Shown: one piece after another, positions 7,852-15,595 of the stretch
Numbering within the stretch: position 1 is the first letter of the stretch
Layout of the letters: each line of letters begins with the position of its first letter
DNA from: Candidatus Limnocylindria bacterium
GTDB lineage: Bacteria; Chloroflexota; Limnocylindria; QHBO01
DNA: 64,000 nucleotides
NCBI GenBank assembly: GCA_046262115.1
Contig: JBHENJ010000067.1
Location: 2,211 to 66,210 of the forward strand
Reading direction: 5' to 3'
Position numbers and translations under genes: made by a program
Notes under the pieces: model-generated
The model's database searches: none
What the model was told of the DNA's origin: nothing
Seen by the model: only the letters and a program-made list of their open reading frames with translations

Positions 7852-8274
7852 GTGACCGATGACGAACGCTTCCCCGCCATCGACGACCCCGGAATGACCG
7901 GCGGCGGGATGCCGCGGCCGGGCGGCACGACAGGGGAGGCCGCCGCCGCCAACCCGTCGCAGCCGGCGCCCCGCGACGTCCCGATCAGCGACCTCGACCT
8001 TCCCGGGCCGGATGACCCCGTCGCCTGGCGCTACGTCAAGCCCGGGACGCCGGTCCACGGCCCGGACGGCGAGCAGATCGGCACCGTCGACACGATGCTC
8101 GGCAGCGACCAGGAGGACATCTTCCACGGAATCGCGGTGCGCATCGGGCTGCTCGGCGCGCCGCGCGTCGTCCGCGCCGACGACGTCGCCGAGATGACAC
8201 CCACCGGCGTCGCCGTGCGGCTCGATGCGGAGGCTCTCTCGAACGCGCCCGAGCATCGGCCGGCCGAACGGTAG
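7852..8274 (+). CDS. PRC-barrel / DUF2171-like domain protein
   Basis: The motif VKPGTPVHGPDGEQIGTVDTMLGSDQEDIFHGIAVRIG is PRC-barrel-like. The start is a GTG. Confidence 0.45.
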   Translation: MTDDERFPAIDDPGMTGGGMPRPGGTTGEAAAANPSQPAPRDVPISDLDLPGPDDPVAWRYVKPGTPVHGPDGEQIGTVDTMLGSDQEDIFHGIAVRIGLLGAPRVVRADDVAEMTPTGVAVRLDAEALSNAPEHRPAER

Positions 8275-9130
8275 CGGCGCCGCCATCGGGGCCTCGGACA
8301 CCGACCCGCCGTTGTCCGCTCAGGGTGGATTCCGGGTCGACCGGTTGTGGCCCGAGCCGGCCTCCGACCTCGACCTGAACGACACCTTCGCCGACCTCCG
8401 CCTTGCGCCGCCGCCGCCGGGACGCGCGTGGCTCGGGCTCAACATGGTTACCACTATCGATGGGCGGGCGACGCGGCTGGGCAGCGCCGAGGGCATGGCG
8501 GGTCGGGCCGACCGGCGGCTCATGCGGCTCCTCCGCGCCGCTCACGATGCCGTCGCGGTGGGCGCCGGAACGCTGCGGCAGGCGGACTTCTTCTCGCGCC
8601 TGCCGGAGGACCTGGCCGCTCGCCGCGTCGAGGCCGGGCGGCCGGCGCAACCCATCGCCGTGGTCATCGGCGGCGCGGGGACGATCCCCCTCGATCGCCG
8701 CTTCTTCGCCGGCGACCAGCCGCGCATCGTCGTGGTCGGCAGCGAGCACGACCCCGAGGTGCTCGACGGGCTCCGCGGCGTGGCCGAGGTCGTCATGGCA
8801 CCGACGCCGCGCCCCGAGCCGGCGTGGCTGCTCGCCGTCCTGCGCGAGCGGGGTGTCGACTCGGTTCTCCTCGAGGGCGGCCCGACCACGAACGCCGGCT
8901 TTCTCGCGGCGGACCTCATCGACGAGCTGTACTGGACCGTCGGGGCGCTTCTGCTCGGCAACGACGGCCTGCCGATGATCGCTCCGGTGCCGGGCGGATC
9001 GCCGTGGGAGTTCGCGCCGCGGATGGGACGGCTGCTCTCGGTTCATCGGTCGGGAGAGGATCTCTTCCTGCGCTATCGGTTCGCGCCTGCCCGTCCGTCG
9101 CGACCCGGCGAGATCGGTCCCGCGGCATGA
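8225..9130 (+). CDS. RibD C-terminal domain / dihydrofolate-reductase-like reductase
   Basis: LNMVTTIDGRATRLGSAEGMAGRADRRLMRLLRAAHDAVAVGAGT is the RibD_C signature. The true start may be internal, at a TTG near 8312, because the ATG at 8225 overlaps the previous ORF by 50 nt. Confidence 0.6.
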   Translation: MRRLSRTRPSIGRPNGSGAAIGASDTDPPLSAQGGFRVDRLWPEPASDLDLNDTFADLRLAPPPPGRAWLGLNMVTTIDGRATRLGSAEGMAGRADRRLMRLLRAAHDAVAVGAGTLRQADFFSRLPEDLAARRVEAGRPAQPIAVVIGGAGTIPLDRRFFAGDQPRIVVVGSEHDPEVLDGLRGVAEVVMAPTPRPEPAWLLAVLRERGVDSVLLEGGPTTNAGFLAADLIDELYWTVGALLLGNDGLPMIAPVPGGSPWEFAPRMGRLLSVHRSGEDLFLRYRFAPARPSRPGEIGPAA

Positions 9131-10029
9131 GCGAGTTGGGACGCATCGGCGTTTGGGGACACCTCGACAGCCTCGTCGCGCAGCATTTCGGCCCGTACGT
9201 CGTGCGCGTCGAGCAGCTCGGGTTCGCGACTCTCTGGGTTCCCGAGACGGTCGGGCGCGAGCCGTTCAGCCTGCTTGCGACGGCCGCCGCGGTGACACAG
9301 ACGCTTCGTCTGGGGACGAGCATCGCGTCGATCTGGGCCCGGGATGCGGTGACGATGCGCTGTTCCGCGCTAGGGCTCCAGGAGCTGTCCGAAGGCCGAT
9401 TCGTCCTGGGCCTCGGCGTCTCGCATCACCACCTCACGCAGAAGGTCCGGGGCCACCGCTACGAACGACCATTGAGCCGCATGAGGGAGTACCTGGCCGC
9501 GTATCGGGCTGCGCCGTACCGCGGCCCGGTCCACGAGCCGCGTCCGGAGCCGCCGATCGTCGTCGCCGCGCTCCGCGAGCGGATGGTCGAGCTGGCAGCG
9601 CGCGAGACCGACGGCGCGTTCCCGTACCTCGTGACGGCGGAGCGCGTCCGATGGATGCGCGATCGCCTGGACGCCGCTGCGGATGAGGCGCACCCGATCC
9701 TCGCGGTGACGCTCCCAGTCGTCCTCGATACCTCGTCGCCCTCCGCGCGCCAGACGGCACGCGCGTACCTCACGCCGTACCTGCGGACGCCGAACTACCA
9801 GGCCAGCTGGACCGAGCAGGGCTTCGAAGACGCCGACTGGGAGAAACCGGGTAGCGACCGTCTTGTCGACGCGATGGTCGCGCACGGCGACGAAGCCGCG
9901 CTCGTCGACCGGGTCGCGGAGCTCCATAGCGCGGGAGCCGATCACGTCGCGCTCATCCCGCTCGCCTCCGACGGAACGACGGAGCACCTCCCAACTCTCG
10001 TCGCGCTGGCCGGGTGCCTGGGTCTCTGA
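9127..10029 (+). CDS. LLM-class (luciferase-like) F420/flavin-dependent oxidoreductase
   Basis: LGFATLWVPE...GLGVSHHHL is the LLM signature. The ATG overlaps the upstream TGA (ATGA). Confidence 0.75.
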   Translation: MSELGRIGVWGHLDSLVAQHFGPYVVRVEQLGFATLWVPETVGREPFSLLATAAAVTQTLRLGTSIASIWARDAVTMRCSALGLQELSEGRFVLGLGVSHHHLTQKVRGHRYERPLSRMREYLAAYRAAPYRGPVHEPRPEPPIVVAALRERMVELAARETDGAFPYLVTAERVRWMRDRLDAAADEAHPILAVTLPVVLDTSSPSARQTARAYLTPYLRTPNYQASWTEQGFEDADWEKPGSDRLVDAMVAHGDEAALVDRVAELHSAGADHVALIPLASDGTTEHLPTLVALAGCLGL

Positions 10030-10041
10030 CATGATCCAGCC

Positions 10042-10470
10042 GTGACCCAGGTTGGGGGCGGTGTCCTCGTGGTGGTCCTCGTGAGCGGGTGCGCCGCCGG
10101 TGCACCGGGCGGGGATTCCGTGACGGAGGCGTCCGCGACAGGGGCCGAATCGCCGGACGCCGGCGAAGCGACCGATGGTCCCGGCGGCGGGCTCGAGCGC
10201 GCCGACATCATCGGCACGCTCGGTGGCGACCCGCAGCTCGAAGGCGGCTGCGCGTGGATCGACGCCGAGGATGGTGAGCGGTACGAGGTCGTCTACCCGA
10301 ACGGCTGGCACGTGGATCAGGACCCCCTCCGCCTCATCGATCCCGACGGTGAAGTTGCCGCCCAGGCCGGCGACCGTATCGGTCTCGTGGGTGCGGTGGA
10401 TGCGGCGATGGCGTCGATCTGCCAGATCGGTCCGATCTTCGTCGCGACCGAGGTCCTGGCCGAGGACTGA
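10042..10470 (+). CDS. Secreted lipoprotein, function unknown
   Basis: Signal peptide plus lipobox (VLVSGC), a GTG start and coding-like GC3. Confidence 0.45.
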   Translation: MTQVGGGVLVVVLVSGCAAGAPGGDSVTEASATGAESPDAGEATDGPGGGLERADIIGTLGGDPQLEGGCAWIDAEDGERYEVVYPNGWHVDQDPLRLIDPDGEVAAQAGDRIGLVGAVDAAMASICQIGPIFVATEVLAED

Positions 10471-10495
10471 CACGCGGCGCGGGTACCATCGGCCG

Positions 10496-11401
10496 ATGAA
10501 GGCGCTCGCGCCGGCGCTGCTGGTGGTCGCCGGTGCGCTCGTCGGCTGCTCCACCGTCGGAGTCGTCAGCTCGCCGGCCCCGACCGCGTCCGTGGACTTC
10601 TCGGCGGCGGCGGGCCGCTCACCCTCACCGTCTCCCGAGCTCGAGCTCCCACCGGAGGTCGTCGCCGGTCCGGATCCCGAGCTCGGTCCACCCCCGGCAC
10701 CGGAGATCGCAGCACTCACGCTGGAGACGCCAGGGGCCGGCGTCGCCGAGGGCGGGCCGCCGGACGACGGCTACATCGGCGACTACTGCGTGCCGCGCGA
10801 CTGGCTGACGCCGCACCTCGCCTACTCCGATTACGCCCGGACTGTCGTCGACCCGACCTACATGGTCACCTCCTACTACGAGCCGCCCGATCTCGTCGCG
10901 GTTTCCGGCGCGCGATTCGGCGGGGAGACGTCGCACGAGCTCGTGCGGGCAGTCGCGATCGATGACCTCGCGTCGTTGCGCACGGCCGCAGAGGCCGCGG
11001 GCGCACCGATCGACGTGCTGTCCGGGTATCGGTCGTACGCGCAGCAGGAAGCGACGTTCACCTACTGGTGGGGGATCCTCGGGTACGAAGCCGCCGTCCA
11101 CCGCGCGGCGCGCCCGGGCCACTCGGAGCACCAACTCGGGACGAGCCTGGACTTCAGCTCGCCGGGCTGGACGGGACGATTCGGCGACTGGGCCACCGAG
11201 AGCCCGTCCGGGGCGTGGATGGCGCAGCATGCGTGGGAGTTCGGCTTCATGATGAGCTATCCGGCTGGCGGCGACCTCGCGACCTGCTACGGGTACGAAC
11301 CGTGGCACTACCGCTGGATCGGCCGCGAGGCCGCCAATGCCGTGCACGCCAGCGGCGTCACGCTCCAGGAGTTCCTGATCGCGAGCGACGTCCGCGAGTG
11401 A
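10496..11401 (+). CDS. D-Ala-D-Ala carboxypeptidase family (peptidase M15B/VanY-like) lipoprotein
   Basis: Lipobox (LVGCS); SGYRSYAQQ...HxxGTSLD...EPWHY are zinc-peptidase M15 motifs. Confidence 0.75.
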   Translation: MKALAPALLVVAGALVGCSTVGVVSSPAPTASVDFSAAAGRSPSPSPELELPPEVVAGPDPELGPPPAPEIAALTLETPGAGVAEGGPPDDGYIGDYCVPRDWLTPHLAYSDYARTVVDPTYMVTSYYEPPDLVAVSGARFGGETSHELVRAVAIDDLASLRTAAEAAGAPIDVLSGYRSYAQQEATFTYWWGILGYEAAVHRAARPGHSEHQLGTSLDFSSPGWTGRFGDWATESPSGAWMAQHAWEFGFMMSYPAGGDLATCYGYEPWHYRWIGREAANAVHASGVTLQEFLIASDVRE

Positions 11402-11419
11402 TGCACGATCCGTTCGCCT

Positions 11420-11629
11420 ATGACCGGAGCTGTCTACGGCCAGTACGGCGGGCCCGCCGCACTGGCCGCGTGGGAGATCGGGCGCGATTGGCAGCTGACT
11501 CACGAGCCGGATCCACCCTTCCAGCAGATCGTCCTCGTGGTCGGGAGCGGCGAGCGCCTGTATGTCATCGACGCGCGGTACGGTTCGAATATCGTGCGGC
11601 GAGTGGCGGTGTTCATCCGCGATCCCTGA
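11420..11629 (+). CDS. Hypothetical 69-aa protein immediately upstream of the dnaE2 LexA box
   Basis: High GC3 (about 80%), so coding-like, with no recognisable domain. Confidence 0.35.
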   Translation: MTGAVYGQYGGPAALAAWEIGRDWQLTHEPDPPFQQIVLVVGSGERLYVIDARYGSNIVRRVAVFIRDP

Positions 11630-11643
11630 AGGGCTTGCCGTTC

Positions 11644-11659
11644 TAGAACATTCGTTCTA
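11644..11659. promoter_or_regulatory. LexA (SOS) box TAGAACATTCGTTCTA (GAAC-N4-GTTC palindrome), 11 nt upstream of the dnaE2 start
   Basis: A perfect palindrome seen in the sequence. dnaE2 is a canonical LexA-regulon member. Confidence 0.75.
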
Positions 11660-11669
11660 ATCTGGGCCG

Positions 11670-14600
11670 ATGCGCTCGGCGCCATCGGTCAGTGAGTACG
11701 TCGAGCTCCACGCCCACAGCAACTTCAGCTTCCTGGACGGGGCGAGCCATCCCGAGGACCTCGTGGCGCAGGCGGCGCTGGTCGACATGCCGGCGCTGGC
11801 GGTCACCGACCACGCCGGCCTCTACGGAGCGGTTCGCCTCTGGAAGGCAGCCGGACAGACCGATACGGACGCTGCCCGCGCAGCCGGGCTCGCACCGGTA
11901 CGCCCGATCGTTGGGCTGGAGATCGCCGTGCCACGGGACGACGACGAGCTTGCCGCCGCACGACGGGGACGGAAGCTCAACGAGCGCGTCCGCGGGGAGC
12001 GGGCGAGCCGCGGCTGGCCCGGCGAGTTCCACGCCGGCCCGCAGCCCGGTGACCATCTCGTCCTGATTGCGCGCGACGCCGAGGGCTACAGCGCGCTGTC
12101 GCGCCTCGCGTCGCGCGGCCACCTCGCCGGTGAGAAGCAGTTCCCTGTCTTCGCGTCCGAGCTCGTCGCGGCCGCGCTCGACGATGCGCGCGGCCACCTG
12201 GTCGCGCTGTCGGGCTGCCGCAACGGCGAGGTCGCGCAACGCGTGCTCGCCGGCGACCGCGACGGGGCGCTCGACAGCGCGCGGCGGCTCGCGGCGCGCT
12301 TCCCGGACGGCGACTTCGCGATCGAGCTGTCGCACCACTGCCAGCCCGACGATGACTGGCTGGTGACCGAGCTGGCCGCGCTCGCCGACGAGGCGGCCCT
12401 GCCAACCGTGGTCACGAACGAGGTGCACTACGCCGAGCCCGGCGGCCATCGGCTCCACGACGTGCTGGTCTGCATCCGGCACGGCGCGACGCTCGACGAG
12501 AGCCACGAGCTGCGACTGCCGAACGGGGAGTATCGGCTCAAGAGCGGTCGTGAGCTCGTGGCGCTCGGCACGCGGCTGCCCGACGCGCGCGCGCGGCGGG
12601 CGTGGCGCGACGGGATGGCCTGGGCGGCCCGTATCGGCGGTGAGTGCCGGCTTGACCTGGGGTTCGAGCAGTATCGGTTTCCGGGCTTTCAGGTTCCTCC
12701 GGGTGAGACGCCGTTCAGCTACCTCTACCAGCTTGCCCACGACGGCTTACGGGAGCGTTACCGCCCGATTACCAAGCGCGCCCTCGAGCAGCTGACGCAT
12801 GAGCTGGACGTCATTGACCGGACCAACCTGGCCGAGTTCTTCCTGATCGTGTGGGACCTGATGGAGTTCGCGCGCCGCTCCGGGATCATCGGCCAGGGGC
12901 GCGGCAGCTCCGGCGACTCGATCGTGGCCTATGCGCTGGGGATCACCAAGGTCGACCCGATCGAGCACAAGCTGCTCTTCGAGCGCTTCATCAACGAGGC
13001 GCGCGCGCTCCCCGACATCGACATCGACTTCGACGTCAACCGGCGCGAGGAGGTGATCCAGTACGTGTACGACCGATACGGCGCGGACCACGCCGCCATG
13101 GTCTGCAACGTGGTGACGTACCGTGCCCGCTCGGCGGTGCGCGAGGTCGCCAAGGCGCTCGGCTTCCCGACCGAGGCGGTCGATCGGCTCGCGAAGTCGC
13201 TCGACACCCGCGACGCCGGCGACGTGGCGCGCGACCTCGCGCTCGACGGGTCGTTCGGTTGGCTGTTCGACGAGATCGGCGCCGACATGGCCTCGCACGC
13301 CGTCCCGCCGGGGCGTGACGGGCGTGGCAACTACGGCAATCGCGTCGGCGGGCTCGTGCAGCGGGTCGCCGACGACTCGTGGAACCCGCGGCCGCGGCCG
13401 GCGCTGCAGCCGGGCGCCGGGGGATCGGCTGCGCCGGCCGCGACACCGGCTCCGCCGCTCGCCGATGGGCGGCCGCGCTCGGAGAGCGGCTGGTATCCGG
13501 CAAAGCGACCGAGCGTCCTCGACGCATCGGTCACTTCGGTGAAGTACGAAGGTCAGGAGACGAAGCGGTACGCGTTGGTCGACGCGGGGCCCGCCGCGCC
13601 GCCGCTCGACGTTCCGGAGCCGCGGGACAACGGGACGCCCGGGCCGTCGGGCGCGCGGCCGAGCGTGGTCCGGATCGACGAGGAGAGCGGCATGCCGGTG
13701 CGCGTCCCGCGCACGACGGAGATCCGGCCGACGGCCGCTATCGACTCCGGCACGGCGTCCGCGCCGCGCAACCGGTGGCAGTGGCTGCTCCAGCTGTGCG
13801 GGGAGATCAACGGCTTCCCCCGGCACCTCGGCATCCACGTAGGCGGGATGCTCGTGACGCGGACGCCGCTCATCGACATCGTCCCGATCGAGCGGGCAAC
13901 CATGCCGCGGAGGGTCGTCACCCAGTACGACAAGGAGGACGTGGAGGCGCTCGGGCTGGTCAAGATCGACCTGCTCTCCCTGCGGACGTTGGGCGTGGTG
14001 AGCGAGGCGCTCGAGACGATCGAGCGGGACACGGGGCGCAGGATCGACCTCGACCGGCTCCCGCACGACGATCCTAAGGTCTTCGCCACGGTCCAGGCGG
14101 CCGATACGGTGGGCATGTTCCAGATCGAGAGCCGGGCGCAGATGCAGGCGCTCCCCAAGGCGCGCCCCGAGCGCTTCGAGGACCTCGTGGTCCAGGTCGC
14201 GATCATCCGCCCCGGGCCGATCCAGGGGAACGCGGTCCACCCCTACCTGCGGCGGCGGGCGGGCCTCGAGCCGGTGACCTACCTCCACCCAAGCCTCGAG
14301 CCGATCCTGGGCGACACGCTCGGCGTGATCCTCTACCAGGAGCAGGTGATGCAGATCGCCATCGCGGTGTGCGGCTACTCGGCGCTGGAGGCCGATACGT
14401 TCCGCAAGGCGATGGGCTCGCATCGGAGTCATCGCGAGATGGAGCGGGAGCACGTCCGATTTGTCGAAGGCGCCATCGCGACGGGGCTGACGCCCGATGA
14501 CGCCGAGGAGCTGTTCCGGCGTTGCGGGGCGTTCGCCGAGTTCGGGTTCGCCCGTGCGCACGCCGCCGCGTTCGCGAAGATCTGCTACGACACGGCGTGG

Positions 14601-15578
14601 CTCAAGCTCTACTACCCGGCGCACTACTGTGCGGGTGTCCTCAACAACCAGCCGATGGGCTTCTACTCCCCGGGAGTGGTCGTCAATGACGCCAAGCGGC
14701 ACGGGACGCGGGTGCTCCCCGTGGACGTCAACGCCTCGTGGTGGTCGACGCGCACGGAACGCGTGGACACGACCGGCGATGCGGCACGCGACTTCGGGGT
14801 CCGCCTCGGGCTCCACCAGGTGAAGGGCATCGGAGAGGAGGACAGGGAGCGCCTCGACGCGGAGCGGGCCGCGGGGCCGTACGCCGGGGTGCGGGAGTTC
14901 GTGGCACGCATGCGGGTGTCGGAGCGGGTCGTCGAGCGGCTGATCTCCGTGGGGGCCTTCGACTGGACGCGACGTGAACGCCGCGAGCTGTTGTGGGAGC
15001 TGCGCGGCACGTGGGCAGCTGCCGACCCGAAACGCCCGGCCCTGCCGCTCACCGAGGTGGAGCCGATCCCCCTTGGCCTTCCCCCCATGACCGCGACCGA
15101 TGAGGTCGCGGCCGACTATCGCGAGATGGGGCTGAGTTCACGAGCACATGCCGTGGAGCTGTATCGACCGAGGTTGCTACCTCGCGGAGTCGTGCCGGTG
15201 GGGGAGGCGGGTCGTTGGCGCGATCGGTACCGGATCAGGCTGGCAGGCCTCGCGGTGGCGGTGCAGCACCCAATGACGGCGAAGAACTTCGTCTTCATCG
15301 CTCTCGAGGACGAGACCGGCATGATCAACGTCACGCTCCGCCCGGACGTCTATCAGCGGCATCGGGGCGTCGTGCACCGCTCGCCGCTCATGGTCGTGGA
15401 GGGCATCCTCCAGGTGGAGGGCGCGGTGCTCAACGTGGTTGCGCAGCGCCTGATCCCGCTCGACGAGTTCGTCGCCTCGACCCGCGAGACTGACTCCCGG
15501 ACCGATCCGGATCGGCGCGGCTCGACGCCCCGCGCCGGAGACCTAGAGGTGCGCAAGCAGCAGCGGATGTTTCGGTAG
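11670..15578 (+). CDS. dnaE2: Error-prone DNA polymerase DnaE2 (ImuC), 1302 aa, with a low-complexity insertion of about 150-200 aa
   Basis: PHP domain start (YVELHAHSNFSFLDGAS), polymerase III alpha core (GIHVGGM, FDLLSLRTLGV) and a C-terminal OB region. An extra Pro/Gly/Ala-rich stretch (about nt 13370-13800) is absent from canonical DnaE2. Confidence 0.9.
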   Translation: MRSAPSVSEYVELHAHSNFSFLDGASHPEDLVAQAALVDMPALAVTDHAGLYGAVRLWKAAGQTDTDAARAAGLAPVRPIVGLEIAVPRDDDELAAARRGRKLNERVRGERASRGWPGEFHAGPQPGDHLVLIARDAEGYSALSRLASRGHLAGEKQFPVFASELVAAALDDARGHLVALSGCRNGEVAQRVLAGDRDGALDSARRLAARFPDGDFAIELSHHCQPDDDWLVTELAALADEAALPTVVTNEVHYAEPGGHRLHDVLVCIRHGATLDESHELRLPNGEYRLKSGRELVALGTRLPDARARRAWRDGMAWAARIGGECRLDLGFEQYRFPGFQVPPGETPFSYLYQLAHDGLRERYRPITKRALEQLTHELDVIDRTNLAEFFLIVWDLMEFARRSGIIGQGRGSSGDSIVAYALGITKVDPIEHKLLFERFINEARALPDIDIDFDVNRREEVIQYVYDRYGADHAAMVCNVVTYRARSAVREVAKALGFPTEAVDRLAKSLDTRDAGDVARDLALDGSFGWLFDEIGADMASHAVPPGRDGRGNYGNRVGGLVQRVADDSWNPRPRPALQPGAGGSAAPAATPAPPLADGRPRSESGWYPAKRPSVLDASVTSVKYEGQETKRYALVDAGPAAPPLDVPEPRDNGTPGPSGARPSVVRIDEESGMPVRVPRTTEIRPTAAIDSGTASAPRNRWQWLLQLCGEINGFPRHLGIHVGGMLVTRTPLIDIVPIERATMPRRVVTQYDKEDVEALGLVKIDLLSLRTLGVVSEALETIERDTGRRIDLDRLPHDDPKVFATVQAADTVGMFQIESRAQMQALPKARPERFEDLVVQVAIIRPGPIQGNAVHPYLRRRAGLEPVTYLHPSLEPILGDTLGVILYQEQVMQIAIAVCGYSALEADTFRKAMGSHRSHREMEREHVRFVEGAIATGLTPDDAEELFRRCGAFAEFGFARAHAAAFAKICYDTAWLKLYYPAHYCAGVLNNQPMGFYSPGVVVNDAKRHGTRVLPVDVNASWWSTRTERVDTTGDAARDFGVRLGLHQVKGIGEEDRERLDAERAAGPYAGVREFVARMRVSERVVERLISVGAFDWTRRERRELLWELRGTWAAADPKRPALPLTEVEPIPLGLPPMTATDEVAADYREMGLSSRAHAVELYRPRLLPRGVVPVGEAGRWRDRYRIRLAGLAVAVQHPMTAKNFVFIALEDETGMINVTLRPDVYQRHRGVVHRSPLMVVEGILQVEGAVLNVVAQRLIPLDEFVASTRETDSRTDPDRRGSTPRAGDLEVRKQQRMFR

Positions 15579-15595
15579 ATGCATCTCGCCGCCGG

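Noticed and set aside
13370-13800. Considered an intein inside DnaE2
   Set aside because: There are no Cys/Ser-Thr splice junctions, no HN terminus and no homing-endonuclease motifs. The insert is low-complexity, not intein-like.
4868-15578. Considered the imuA'-to-dnaE2 region as a tRNA-Ala-integrated mobile island
   Set aside because: There is no integrase, no direct repeat of the tRNA 3' end and no mobility genes. The content looks chromosomal.
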